This document shows positions 23,785-36,170 of a stretch of 64,000 nt of DNA, one piece after another. The notes below the pieces were generated by a model. That model was not told where the DNA came from. It made no database searches and saw only the letters and a program-made list of their open reading frames with translations. Both the position numbers and the translations under genes were made by a program. Source of the DNA: Squalus acanthias (Eukaryota). Each line of letters begins with the position of its first letter. Positions within the stretch are counted from its first letter, which is position 1. The stretch is from contig CM059447.1 of the NCBI GenBank assembly GCA_030390025.1, positions 31,682,001 through 31,746,000 on the forward strand, written 5' to 3'.

Positions 23785-24926
23785 GGCCTGCAATTTACGG
23801 TCGGGATGACGGCGAACTGGCAGCGTTCACTATCATTCCACCTTTGAAATTGACCGTAACAGCGGGATTTGGCGCAGCCCGAAGTTGCGGTCTGTCATTG
23901 ACAGCTTCGAAACAGGCGGCACTGTGNNNNNNNNNNNNNNNNNNNNNNNNNNNNNNNNNNNNNNNNNNNNNNNNNNNNNNNNNNNNNNNNNNNNNNNNNN
24001 NNNNNNNNNNNNNNNNNNNNNNNNNNNNNNNNNNNNNNNNNNNNNNNNNNNNNNNNNNNNNNNNNNNNNNNNNNNNNNNNNNNNNNNNNNNNNNNNNNNN
24101 NNNNNNNNNNNNNNNNNNNNNNNNNNNNNNNNNNNNNNNNNNNNNNNNNNNNNNNNNNNNNNNNNNNNNNNNNNNNNNNNNNNNNNNNNNNNNNNNNNNN
24201 NNNNNNNNNNNNNNNNNNNNNNNNNNNNNNNNNNNNNNNNNNNNNNNNNNNNNNNNNNNNNNNNNNNNNNNNNNNNNNNNNNNNNNNNNNNNNNNNNNNN
24301 NNNNNNNNNNNNNNNNNNNNNNNNNNNNNNNNNNNNNNNNNNNNNNNNNNNNNNNNNNNNNNNNNNNNNNNNNNNNNNNNNNNNNNNNNNNNNNNNNNNN
24401 NNNNNNNNNNNNNNNNNNNNNNNNNNNNNNNNNNNNNNNNNCTGTGTAATCACCAAATCATTGAAACTGACGAAACATTCAACTCTTCCACAGTAAGTGC
24501 CCTGTTAAATTCCCCACTAAAAGTGAGACCTAAAGAGATTAGGTGTAACTGGGGTTTTGACAGCGGTATTACTGCTAAACATTTTTTTTTTAATTTTAAA
24601 GTTTGTCCATCTTTATTTCCGGTTTGCCTTTTCCTCACGTGAGAGCCCCAATCTTTGTTTTGCTCGCTCTACCATTCTTTAAAACTTAGAATTTTAAGAG
24701 CTTACTCACTTCCTTGCTCGCTGTCTGTGAGAATTCTGCCTTTTGATTGGCTGTTGACGTCACAGCAGTTGTCACAAGGGGATCCCCATTAACTTCCCTT
24801 GATTTGAATTGAAAGGTCGGAAAACCCGAAGTTCTCGACACAGGGATGGCGAGATTCTTGTGTGAAGTGTACTTCGAGGCCAACGCCGAACACCTTCGCT
24901 TCACTGCTGATCGCAAATTCCGGGCC
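23785..24926. mobile_element. Harbinger-type MITE (family C, copy 1) spanning the assembly gap
   Basis: TIR GGCCTGCAATTTACGGTCGG vs rc GGCCCGGAATTTGCGATCAG; collinear with 52256-53045. Confidence 0.85.
23927..24441. other. Assembly gap (515 N)
   Basis: Run of N. Confidence 1.
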
Positions 24927-25205
24927 AATGTGTAGGACCATGGCACAGAACAGAGAGAGAAGGTCCAATATTCTGTCCAAGAAGGTGCTGCCACAGGGAC
25001 AAAGATCACTGTTAGCAACATCTCAGTGCAAGGTGAGTAACTAGCCAATGGCCAGCAACTACAGGGAGATCTAGTGAGCCCAAGAATGCTGGTTCGTTGA
25101 GTTGAGACGAGTCTCCACTCAGTGCTTGATGAACACAAAAGAAGTGGGTCAAGGTGCCCATGAGGCAGATGAGCACAGGAGCAGAAACTGATAAGTATTG
25201 CAGTA

Positions 25206-25611
25206 CAGGAAACTCTTTGGTATCCGGCACCGACGGGACCGGCGTGGTGCCGGTTGATCAAAAGTTCCGGATAACGGAGAGTTATATCTACCGAGGCTAT
25301 TTTTAACAAACAAAAATCAGACTCCTGTTACTGCCGTGTTCGGACTTCCGACAGTGCCAGGAGGCCGAGTAGTGGCACTTTGCAGAACTACCCCCACTGA
25401 CTAACTCGGCGTTCGCGGGAGACTCGGACTCAGACTCGGCAACATTGCCGGTTATTTGAGAGGAGTTTTCGGAGTACTCGGCGTTCGCGGGAGACTCGGA
25501 CTCGGACTCGGCAACATTGCCGGTTATTTGAGAGGAGTTTTCGGAGTATGATTTTTGCCAGTTAAGAGAGAATTCCGGATATTTAGGTGCCGGTTAAACA
25601 AGAGTTTCCTG
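25206..25611. mobile_element. Tc1/mariner-superfamily (pogo/Tigger-like) MITE
   Basis: TA on both flanks; TIRs CAGGAAACTCTTTGGTATCCGGCACC / rc CAGGAAACTCTTGTTTAACCGGCACC; internal 72-bp tandem duplication. Confidence 0.88.
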
Positions 25612-27064
25612 TACTTGGCATGCGTAAGCCAGTGATTGACTACAGCAAGTCTTGGGTGAGTGTTGGTCAAAACAGGTTATAGTCAGCAATGAGTTAAAGA
25701 GTGTCTTGAGAGATAAGGGCTAGCTGAACCCATGTACTCAATGTAGACAGGAATGAAGAGAGTTCAGATAAACTTAGAATCAGCCAGTAACCAACTGTTA
25801 GGAAACTGAAAGTTCATCAGTACTTTTGCGCATTTCAAGTGATTAGAGAATATATAAAAGCTGTTGGGAGACAACAGCTGCAGAAATCTATGTGGATTTA
25901 ACACAGCTTACCTCAAACACCAGGAACAAGTAATTTGACAACAATTTACTGACCTTGGATACAATTTATGGTACTGAAAGAATCATGCATCTAAAATTAT
26001 ATCCTATTATGCAAATACATAATATCTAGTTAGATGAGTAATAAAGTATGTGTCATACAAAGTACCTTTTCTTTACAGTTAACCAGCTAAAAAAGCACAA
26101 TTACTGAATAAGTGGCAGGTTTACAAGTACAAAGTAAGCTATTAAAGTATTCATTGTAATGAATAAACTAGATGCTTTAAAGTCTTTCGCTTAATTGTTG
26201 AGATCCTTCCTTGTAATTATAAAAGTTTCTTGTGTCATCTGCTTTCCTAATTGCAAGCAAGTAAATGGTTTTAGTAAGCAGCACTGCTGTGCGTGTGGAC
26301 TCAATTTAAGGCACTATTTCTATTTGAAACTGTCAGCAGTTTTCTAGGTTTTTCTTGCAGAAGCAACACTGGACCCAAATAATCTACAGGATGTAGTTTT
26401 CTGTCCGTGCTGTGTTATTACGAGGATTTCAGTAAAGTGTACTTCAGAGTTAAAATTTTCAGCAAAGAGTACAATTATAGACTTTGAACTTCGAACTTGG
26501 ATTGTACCGTGAGAGAGCATTTTGAACTACATTATACTAGGGTGAAGTGGTGGTGGTTACTGTTCAATTTGAGATGAAAAATGAAGTCTGCCTCACAGCA
26601 TTGATGCATAATGGCTTAAGTGCAATTTTCCCTTTAGTGTATTGTTACTAATAAATATGGACATGACATCACTGCGTGCTAGCTGAACCAACCAAAAGAC
26701 ACTCCTCTCTTACAATGTTTGCCAGTTATAAATTAGATGCAAAAGTTCAGACTCAGCACTGTTCCCCCCCTGCCCCTGCCCCCACTACTCTCCTTCCAAC
26801 ACCCAACAAAGTATACTGGCTTATTTTCTCTAAAAGTCTCCTGCCAGCGCGAAGATCAGATATGGATGTAGCAATGTGAATCACTTGTGTGATGAAACAA
26901 ACGTACAGTGAGAGAATGATCGGCTTGTGTGTTGATGCATGCAAACAGGTTACAGTTGTATGTTTATGATTGTTGGAGTGGCCATTTCAAGTAATAAGAT
27001 GACACAGAGCAATAGTCCAAGATCCAGTTACCTGACATGGAGGTGGGTTATATAAAAGCGATAC

Positions 27065-27296
27065 TTTTTAAAAAATTCATTCACGGAATTTATTGCCCAT
27101 CCCTAATTGCCCTTGAGAAGGTGGTGGTGGGCTACCTTCTTGAACCGCTGCAGTCCGTGTGTTGAAGGTACTCCCACAGCGCTGTTAGGGAGGGAGTTCC
27201 AGGATTTTGATCCAGCGACGATGAAGGAATGGCGATATATTTCCAAGTCAGGATGGTGTGTGTCTTGGAGGGGAACCTGGAGGAGGTGGTGTTTCC
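27065..27296 (-). mobile_element. Zenon-like LINE 3' fragment
   Basis: KSWNSLPNS...HHHLLKGN and family tail. Confidence 0.85.
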
Positions 27297-27665
27297 ACTT
27301 CCACTGACAGCTAATATTTTTATAATGATGCTGATCTAAAATTTCTGTTTGAGTGATTTCCAATGAAAGATGCAAAGTATATTGGAAGGCAAGGGGAATT
27401 AAAATGTTCCTGTTCACCAACGAATTAAAATGTTCCGGTTCACCAACAATTAAGTGAAATTTTAACTAAAATACTTTTATGACGTGGAGGAGACTGAATT
27501 AGCTTTTCTAAAATATATTTCATCCATTGGTTAAAACATTTACATTCTAAACTTTTTACTTCCCTTTTAATGAAAACTTGCTCACCAAAATATTTCCCTT
27601 AATAATTAGGAGGTTGAAAGGACCTTCCTGAGGGGCTAGTGAATAAATGAATTCTCCGGTGTAGT

Positions 27666-27970
27666 ATCAAGTCATACAGGACGGCAAATCCAAGATCTGA
27701 TGCTCAGTCTGTGCTGAGTTAGCAGGGCTGAGCCAGGACAGCAGCAAGATACTAAAATTGGCCACGGCACCACTGGTCTGGGCTAGGAAGGGGAATGTGC
27801 GCATGGACAGTGAGTGACGGCTGGATCTGGCTTGGCTGCGATAACCTTCACAATCAAACACTCACCATCTGGGCTCACAGACAAAGATTGGCTACGTGCA
27901 CATGAGATACTAAAGGGCTGCCAGCGGTCATGGAATGATACTTCACACGAGTCAGCATCTTCAAAAGAGC
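27666..27970 (+). mobile_element. Old SINE-like interspersed repeat (related pieces near 16840-17190 and 29820-30650)
   Basis: Recurrent GTCTGTGCTGAGTTAG-like motif (27707; 29881; rc near 17105). Family not identified. Confidence 0.5.
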
Positions 27971-27982
27971 GGAAAAATTAAT

Positions 27983-28345
27983 GACTTGCTTTTATATACA
28001 GAAACAGCCCAAGGTTTTTCATGTGCAATTAATTACTCTGAAGTGCAGTGACTGTTGTTGTGTAGGCAAATGCAGCAGCCATTTTCCTCACCGTGAGGTC
28101 CCTCAAACAGAAATCAGGTGAATGACCACTTAAACGATTTCTGGTGGTGTTGGTTGAGGGAGGAATGTTGATCAGATACCAGGAAAAGTCTCAGCTCTCT
28201 TTGATTAGGAGCATGGTATCCTAACTGCCTACACAGAAGGGACCTTGGTTTAATGTCTCACCTGAAAGGCAACATCTCCCTCAGCGCTGCACTGAAAGGC
28301 CAGCCTCCAACATGTGCTCACGTCCTAGAGTGTGGATGAAACCCG
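27983..28345 (-). mobile_element. DeuSINE, degenerate
   Basis: Collinear with 29994-30450. Confidence 0.7.
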
Positions 28346-28355
28346 CAACACCAAT

Positions 28356-28770
28356 AACTTGCACTTTAACGTAGTAAAACGTCCCAAGGCGCTTCACAGG
28401 AGTGGTATCAAACACCGAGCCACATAAGGAAATATTAGGACAGAGGTAGGTTTTAAGTAGCATCTTAAAGGAGGAGAGAGAGGTAGAGAGGCGGAGAGGC
28501 TTAGGGAGGGAATTCCAGAGATTAGGGCCCAGACAGCTGAAGGCAATGGTGGAGAGATTAAAAGCGGGGATGCGCTAGAGGCCAGAATTAGAGGAGCGGA
28601 GAGATCTCGGGGGGTTGTAGGGCTGGGGGCGGTTACAGAGATCGGGAGGGGCCTTTGCCGGACCGGGAGCCAATGTAGGTCAGCGAGTACAGGGGTGATG
28701 GGTGAACGGGACATTGTGCGAGTTAGATACGGGCAGCCGAGATTTGGATGAATTCAAGTCTAAGGAGGGT
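28356..28770 (-). mobile_element. L2 3' fragment
   Basis: SPITPVLADLHWLPV; matches the L2 at 2560-3060. Confidence 0.85.
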
Positions 28771-29993
28771 GGGAATAATCTTCTGATTCAGAAGAGGAAG
28801 TGTTACTAATGAAGCTAAGGTGAAAACTGGGAAGAAGAAACAGTAGATGTAAAGAAAATAGTCATACTTGGTATGTTTTAGGCTACAGACATCGGATTTC
28901 TGATGCTGAGGGTCGAGCTGGAGATCCGGTCACATTTACTGCACTTTGTGTTTTCTGCTTAGTGAAGTAATCCATAACCCATCTTCTTCATTCTCTTAAG
29001 AAATCTATCAAATTGATATTATTCAATTATTTTGTTGTTTTTCAAACAAACTAATGGTGTTAATTGCTTTCAATTTGCTCAGGAGATGATATTTTGCTCT
29101 AAACTTTAAATAACAAGATTTAAATGTACTATTGATGAGGTGATATTAGTGGCATCTGCTGTATTTTGTAGAACACATCCACGACTTCTGGCCGTATGTC
29201 TCCTGCCCCTTGTTGTGTGCTGCACTGAATGACTCATTACAGGCCAGCTGTCCAACAAGTACTGAAGAATCATAATACATTTCAAACTATTATAGACTAC
29301 CGGTCAAGAATGTGCAATGATGTTCAGCTGCAGGAGTGCATTGAATATGATTTTAATAAGTGAGTAAAGAACATAACGTTTTAGGGAATCTTAAAACAGT
29401 TCCAAAATTAAAAAGCGATAAATAAAAAGCAAAAAAAGAGACATATTTAACTAACCTTATCGTGTTCTTTTTAATATTAGCTATGGTTTTCAACTAAATT
29501 GCCAAAAAGTGTATGATATATAGGTTAATATTTTGACAATCTATCATGAACCACTCTCTTATTCCAATGTTTGGATGGGAATCAATGTCCACAGTAGGGT
29601 ACTGGGAAAAAGCTTGTCCACAGCCCTATAAAATCCCAGGTACAGCCTGAATTTCCTGATCCACTGTATTATTTTAAGCTCAGTGGTGACTTTATCTCAC
29701 TGAACATGAGTGAAACCAATTTCACAGTGCATGAGCCATAGATTCGCGAGTGGGCTGCATCTGGTTGAATCCGTGATCCGTGTAAATGTGGCATCATGTT
29801 TTTTGCAGCACTTAAGCTCCCTGCTGGCGAGTCCACAGGTTACAGGCACTGGGCAATACAGACCTTAGGTTCAGTCCTTGGTCTTTGCTGAGTTAGTCAA
29901 TCTCAGCCACTGCTATAGCAGTGGGGGGTTCAAGATCTCTGAGCCAAGAACTAGTAAAATCAGTCAAGGTGTTTGCTCCTGATTGCTATCCAA

Positions 29994-30450
29994 AGAAAGA
30001 ACTTGCTTTTATATAGTGCCTTTCACAACCTCAGGACGTCCCCAAGCACTTTACAGTCAATTAACTCATTTTGAAGTGTAGTCACTGTTATAATGTAGGG
30101 AACGCGGCAGCCAATTTGAGCATAGCAGGGTCCAACAAACATCAATGTGATCCGGACCAGATAATCTGTTTTAGTGATGTGGGTTGAAGGATTAGCCAGG
30201 ACACTAGGAAGAACTCCCCTGCTCTTCTTCAAAATTGTGCCACGTCATCGCTTACATCCACCTGAGAGGGCAGACAGGACTTCGGTCTAACATCTTATCT
30301 GAAAGACGGCACATCCAACAGCGCGGCGCTCCCTCGGTACTGCACTGAGCTGTCAGCCTGGATTGCGCGCTCAAATCTCTGGAGGGAGGCTTGAACCCAC
30401 GCCCTTCTGTATCAGAGGCGAGAGTGCCACCACTGAGCCACGTCTGACAC
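29994..30450 (-). mobile_element. DeuSINE (SacSINE1-like), full length
   Basis: tRNA head with A/B boxes (rc TGGCTCAGTGG, GGGTTCAAGCC), Deu domain, L2-like tail. Confidence 0.88.
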
Positions 30451-30682
30451 TACTGCTACATCCTCCTGGAAAGTGTATGCTTGTGGTCATCAGGTGAGTG
30501 CAGGATCAGGCTCAGTTCTGATAACCCCCGTGGCTGACTGACAGCTCCAGCTCAAATATGAAGAATAGCTGTTTGGGTTGAAGTGCTGCGTGCCTGTGGA
30601 ATTGTACCTCAGTACGAGCTGCCATCTTCAGGAGGGGAGGAGAAGGTGCAGCAAATTGGAAGGAAAAGTGGAGCAAAAAGGA

Positions 30683-31051
30683 AAAATTCTTACAGGGCTT
30701 GAGAGGGTAGATGCCGAGAGGCTGTTCCCGCTGGCTGGAGAGTCTAGAACTAGGGGCCATAGTCTCAGGATAAGGGGTCGGCCATTTAGGACTGAGATGA
30801 GGAGAAATTTCTTCACTCAGAGGGTTGTGAATCTTTGGAATTCTCTACCCCAGAGGGCTGTGGATGTTCAGTCGATGAGTTTATTCAAGACTGAGATCGA
30901 TAGACTTTTTGGGCACTAAGGGAATCAAGGGATGTGGAGATTGGGGGGGAAAGTGGAGTTGATGTAAAAGTTCAGCCATGATCTTATTGAATGGCAGAGC
31001 AGGTTCAAGGGGCCGAATGGCCTACTCCTGTTCCTATTTCATATGTTCTTA
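30683..31051 (+). mobile_element. CR1 3' end
   Basis: KILTGLERVDAERLFPLAGESRTRGH...RVVNLWNSLP; tail GGCCGAATGGCCTACTCCTG. Confidence 0.9.
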
Positions 31052-31731
31052 GGGACAAAAAACATGGTAACATGTCAGTATTTGTGGGATATCGTGTTTA
31101 ATGGACAAATGTACACTTGCCATGCAATGTCAAGAATATATTCAGAGTTGTCCTTGATAGTCTGCACAGCAGCAGTAATTATCAGATCACATTTTCCACT
31201 AACTGTGATATAACCACATTAATTCAAATGCTTGGTATAATAATGAGCCTCTTCAGATCACAATGAGGGAGTGCAACTGGGAAAACAATTAAAATCTTTG
31301 GTGATTTCTAACACTTATCAAAGGTGCTTTTTGGAAAGTGCAAAATGCCCTTGAACGGGCACTATAATAGCATACACTGAAGCACATTCCACTCCCTGAG
31401 CTGATATATGAAAACTATGGTCCAAATATCCTAACACCTGTGACAAATCTACACATTTGTTTGAATATGGCTTGTTGGGCATAAATATTTCAGATAGAAG
31501 CCGAGTTAGATGTCATGTCACCAACACAAAAAGACATGCACATTTTCTAATGAATAAAACACAAAACAACAGCAGATTCTACAGCAAAGCAGGTTATGTC
31601 TGTAGGTCTCAATCTTCTCCATTTATACAAACCAATTTGGTGCATTTAAAGCTCCTGGTATTGAAAGTACCCTCAGTTCTTTTTAGTACAATGTCTCAAT
31701 GGACTTGGTCTGTCTGCTACCATGACCACTG

Positions 31732-32276
31732 TCATAAGAACATAAGAATTAGAAGCAGGAGTAGGCCATACGGCCCCTCGAGCCTGCTCCGCCATTCAAT
31801 AAGATCATGGCTGATCTTCGACCTCAACTCCACTTTCCCGCCCGATCCCGATATCCTTTGATTCCCCTAGAGTCCAAAAAGCTATCGATCTCAGCCTTGA
31901 ATATACTCAACGACTGAGCATCCACAGCACTTTGGGGCAGAGAATTCTAAAGATTCACAACCCTCTGAGTGAAGAAGTTCCTCCTCATCTCAGCCTTAAA
32001 AGGCCGGCCCCTTATCCTGAGACCATGCCCCCAAGTTCTCGACTCTCCAGCCAGGGGAAAGAATCTCTCAGCATTTATCCTGTCAATCCCCCTCAGAATC
32101 CTATATGTTTCAATGAGATCACCTCTCATTCTTCTAAACTCAGATAGTATAGGCCCAATCTACTCAGTCTCTCCTCATAGGACAACCCTTTCATCCCAGG
32201 AATCAATCTAGTGAACCTTCGTTGTACCGGCTCTAAGGCAAGTATATCCTTCCTTAAATAAGGAGACCAAAACTGT
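31732..32276 (-). mobile_element. CR1 3' end
   Basis: RGDLIETYRIL...RVVNL; CATAAGAA repeats. Confidence 0.9.
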
Positions 32277-32799
32277 GTACAGTCACTAAGGTGAATATCA
32301 ATGCCATGGCAAACATGCCTTTATTCACCCAACAGTTCTGCAATTGTTACATAGAATGTGTGTTTCTATGCTTCACTGCATATAGCTGTCCCTATGTATC
32401 TCCAGTAACTACAGCAGTTATGTAGAAAGGCTGACGACAGAATAGAGTAAAATATGCTATTTTTTCAATGGCAGTGCAGTCACGGGATTATTGGATGAGT
32501 CGCACTGTACCAAATCTTGTGTAAACAGCACCTGATATTGTGCTTCATTGATATAATTAGACTGTTATTAGAACAGGTTCTAGTCTTAAAAACAAACAAG
32601 GTGGAAAGTGTATATTGGAGCCTTTACCCTGCTATTGATTAGTTTTAGATTTATGAATCTTAAAAGTCCATGCAAACTCTCACTTCCAATTTACTATAAT
32701 GGATTCATGCAGTCAAGTTAGAATAAAAAAGCTGGCAAAGCTATGAAGATTTTCCCCAAGAGATCTTCTATAATGGAATATAGTTGTTATTAAATGTGT

Positions 32800-32833
32800 T
32801 AGTGACACCTAGTGGCAGATCATTGATCTTGCA
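32800..32833 (-). promoter_or_regulatory. Candidate CTCF site
   Basis: Minus strand CTGCCACTAGGTGTCACTA resembles the CTCF core, with TGCAA 10 nt upstream. Motif match only. Confidence 0.4.
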
Positions 32834-33124
32834 TCAATCTTCAACTGACAGGCTGTCCAATTTGAATATTTTTGATTGTGCCTATTGTAATATATGTGGG
32901 TAGAACAAGTGAAGGACAGAGACATGATGAGTTGCTAGTCCATGTGCTTGCTTTACTAGGCCAGAGCGAACTGAGCATGCTCATACTAAACCATGTGATA
33001 AACCATGTGATAATACATTACACCTATAGTATCCAACTGAAATACCAAATATCCACTCATAATTTGGACACATGGCTGGACATAACAATGGGTGTAACCA
33101 CACTGCTCCATTAACCTTTCTCAC

Positions 33125-33452
33125 ATTGTCAGAGGTGCCATCTTTCAGATGAGATGTTAAACTGAGGCCCCGTCTGACCTCTCAGGTTAACGCAAAAGAC
33201 CCCATGGCACTATTCGAAAAAAGAGCAGGGTAGTTCTCCCGGTGTCCTGGCAAATATTCATCCCTCGACCAACATCACTAAAAAACAGATGATCTGGTCA
33301 TTATCACATTGCTGTTTGTGGGAGTTTGCTGTGTGCAAATTGGCTGCCACATTTCCCACATTACAACAGCGACTACACTCAAAAGTACCTCATTCATTGT
33401 GAAGCGCTTTGGGATGTCTTGAGATTGTGAAAGGGACTGTATAAATTCAAGT
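33125..33452 (+). mobile_element. DeuSINE, headless
   Basis: TGTCAGAGGTGCCATCTTTCAGATGAGATGTTAAAC...CCCATGGCACTATTCG Deu domain plus tail. Confidence 0.85.
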
Positions 33453-34307
33453 TCATTGTTTTCTTTATTGTGAATGAGTTTACTGGTCTGACAGCAGCCT
33501 TTCCTGATTTTTGCACTCTCATGTGTCAGGGACTGTCCTGCTCATATCTATGATACAACCGTATCAATTTACAAAGTTTAAATCCTGATTTCTTGAAAAA
33601 ACAAGTCTTCTGATTCAATATTACACCAATCAGAATCCTGTTCTTTTGCATTTTGCTCCTCCCTCCAAAATAGATGGTGGGAATCTGAAAGAAGCAACAA
33701 GGCAAGAAATGTATTTAAGAGTTAAAGCTTCTGTAAAAAAAAGAAGCTAAGAGCAGATCGATTATAGTTAGGGTAGATAGGAAAAAGAAAATATATAGTG
33801 AATTCATAAAATAGGGGAGCGCAGAGGGAAGAAATGATAAATAAAAGTAAAGAATTTACTTGTTTTAAATGGTTGAAGTGTTTATTTTTCTTGTACAGGG
33901 TTAATATTGCAGTAACTGAGCTACTCTTACATCTGAATAGCTTTACTACTGTAATATTAGTGTTTGTTTTAGAATCACTATTGTGTAAGATGAAGTCTGG
34001 CTCAGAGAGATGGTCACTTCCCTGACCCACTAGCAATCTAAGGGTTAAAAGGAAGTAACTGCGGCATCTAAAGACACTAGTAGATGAGCACCACTGCTGG
34101 TTTCCCACCATTCCTTACTGCACTATTCCCATTGAGATACTGCCACACTCATTTATAAAGATTAAGAGGCTCCATTCCAGGTCAATGGGTAAACGAATGA
34201 GCTTGTTTTTCAACTTCATGGCTATAAACACACAAAACATCGAGCCGGCCCCATCCACCGTCAAAATCCATCACTCTCCCTCGACCACTCCCAGCCCCCT
34301 CCCTGCC

Positions 34308-34397
34308 CACAATCTCCTGGAAGAGGAGCAAATCGATAGCTCCGAAAGTTTGTGATTTCAAATAAAACTGTTGGACTATAACCTGGTGTTGTGCGAC
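34308..34397 (+). mobile_element. Penelope-like element terminal fragment with decayed hammerhead ribozyme motif
   Basis: CTGGAAGA-GGAGC(9 nt)GCTCC-GAAA followed by TTTCAAATAAAACTGTTGGACTATAACCTGGTG, as I recall from shark Penelope pLTRs. Confidence 0.6.
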
Positions 34398-34743
34398 CTC
34401 TCAATTTAGAGGCAAAAAAGCCAGGGTTAAAAAAAACCTTAGGCCAGGTTAGAGGATAAAAAAACACTTCAGCAATTTCTTCTCCTACCTCTGCAGGTAA
34501 TCAAGCAAGCTCTAGAAGATCCCGGTGGTTGATGCCACTATCCAGTCCACCTGACTACCTTGTGTAATTCGAGATGTCTTTCACTCACAAGAATTCTCTT
34601 TTAGAATGCTCGCAGTGAATCCACACCAACCACGATGACTCTCTGCAAAAATAACTTCCTGCCATGCTTTTGTAGTTGATACTGATATTCCCTAGTTCTC
34701 CTCTGCTTATCTAACTCAAGTAACCTATCATCCTGGACAGAAT

Positions 34744-35509
34744 GGCCCAGAAATTAGGCTCCCTGGCTTCCCGCGGGTGCAAGGATCCCGCGCGCACCTA
34801 CCTACCGCGCCTGCCGTTGACCTCTGGGCCCACGGGGACTTCAGCTCCTGGGCCTCCTGCAGCTGCCGGCGCGCAGTGCTTGTGTATCCCAGGGGCGTAG
34901 TTAGTGCAATGCGTCCCCTGGGATCACGTGGGCCATGGAGAGCCAATGGCAGCAGACCATCTTTCATTCATAGATTTGACAGGAAGACCTGTCAAATCTA
35001 TGAATTGAAATCGGCCCCAAAACAACACCTAAACTTCAAATAAATTTAATAAAAACCCACCACATTTTTAAAATAACTATAAGTTAAATAAATTAACTAC
35101 TTTAAACAAAAATTAAAATTTTTGAAAAAATTAAAATACTTTTTAACAGTGCTAAAAATAAACTTACCTTTCTTTAAAGTATCTAAAAAAGGTAAACCTG
35201 TTGAAAAAATTTTAAAATTGTAATTAATTAACCACTTACCTTGTTGAAAACGGGTCCTGCGCCTCCTTTTTAAATGTGCAGCTTCTTCCATACTTACCCT
35301 CCCGGAGAAACCTGAAAAAACCCCTAAGTTCGCTGCGTGCACGCAGCCTCTCCCGCGCACGCGGTTCACCTCTCAACCCCTCCCTTCATGAGACCGGAAG
35401 TTCCGGTTTCCCGCGCATGCGCAGTGCATGCAGGAAACCGGCACTTCAGGAGGCCTTACGGGTGAGTACACAGCTCATACTCACCCGGCAAGGGCCGAAT
35501 TTTTGGCCC
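34744..35509. mobile_element. Harbinger-type MITE
   Basis: TIR GGCCCAGAAATTAGGC vs rc GGGCCAAAAATTCGGC; 3-bp TSD AAT; GC-rich arms and AT-rich core. Confidence 0.85.
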
Positions 35510-35511
35510 AA

Positions 35512-36170
35512 TATATTCTTTCCATAATTTTGAAGACCTCAATCATATCCTCTCGCAGTCTACACTTTTTCCAAGGTAAAATAGTCCCAGCTCGCTAAGC
35601 CTTTCCTGATAACTGAGGGAGCTTAAACTAGTGGCTCAATCAAGTGGCCCTCCTTTGAGCCTTTTCCAAGGTATCAATATCCCCCACCACAAGAGGACTA
35701 AAACTGGCCACAGTATTCTGGATGCGGCGTGACCAGGACCTTGTGCAAGGTAAGGATCGTATTTATAGTCGTATTTTTAGGTGTCCTCGCTATGCGTCCG
35801 AACACCTGAATTGCTTTCACGGCAGCCTTGTGATAGTGGTCAACGATCAACGAGCTACAACCTCCAAGTCATTTTTCCACTTAGTTGTCTTGAGCGTGCA
35901 ACCCTGCATGGTGTAAAATTGCTTGGAGTTGCCGTTACCCAAGTGCATCTTGTTTCCTTTGTCAATATTAAAATAAATCTGCCAGACACAGGCCCATTCC
36001 CCCATTACATCCAAATCTGTCTGCCTTCTATCTCTCTCACCGAGAGTCCTTGCACATATCTTGCTGTCATCCACAAACGCGCAGATTGTACCCCGATCCA
36101 GAATACGATGGAGTGACATGACGGTCCTGGCACTGATTGCAGAGGGACTCCACCAAATGCATTGAAAAAG
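35512..36170 (-). mobile_element. Old CR1 RT remnant
   Basis: AFVDDSKI, QTDLDVMGEWACVWQIYFNIDK..MHLG. Confidence 0.75.

Noticed and set aside
23833-24496. ORFs of about 200 aa
   Set aside because: Artefacts of translating the N gap.
25404-25547. CRISPR-like array
   Set aside because: Direct tandem duplication with no spacers, in a eukaryotic MITE.
27396-27447. 26-bp tandem duplication
   Set aside because: Ordinary local slippage duplication with no further structure.
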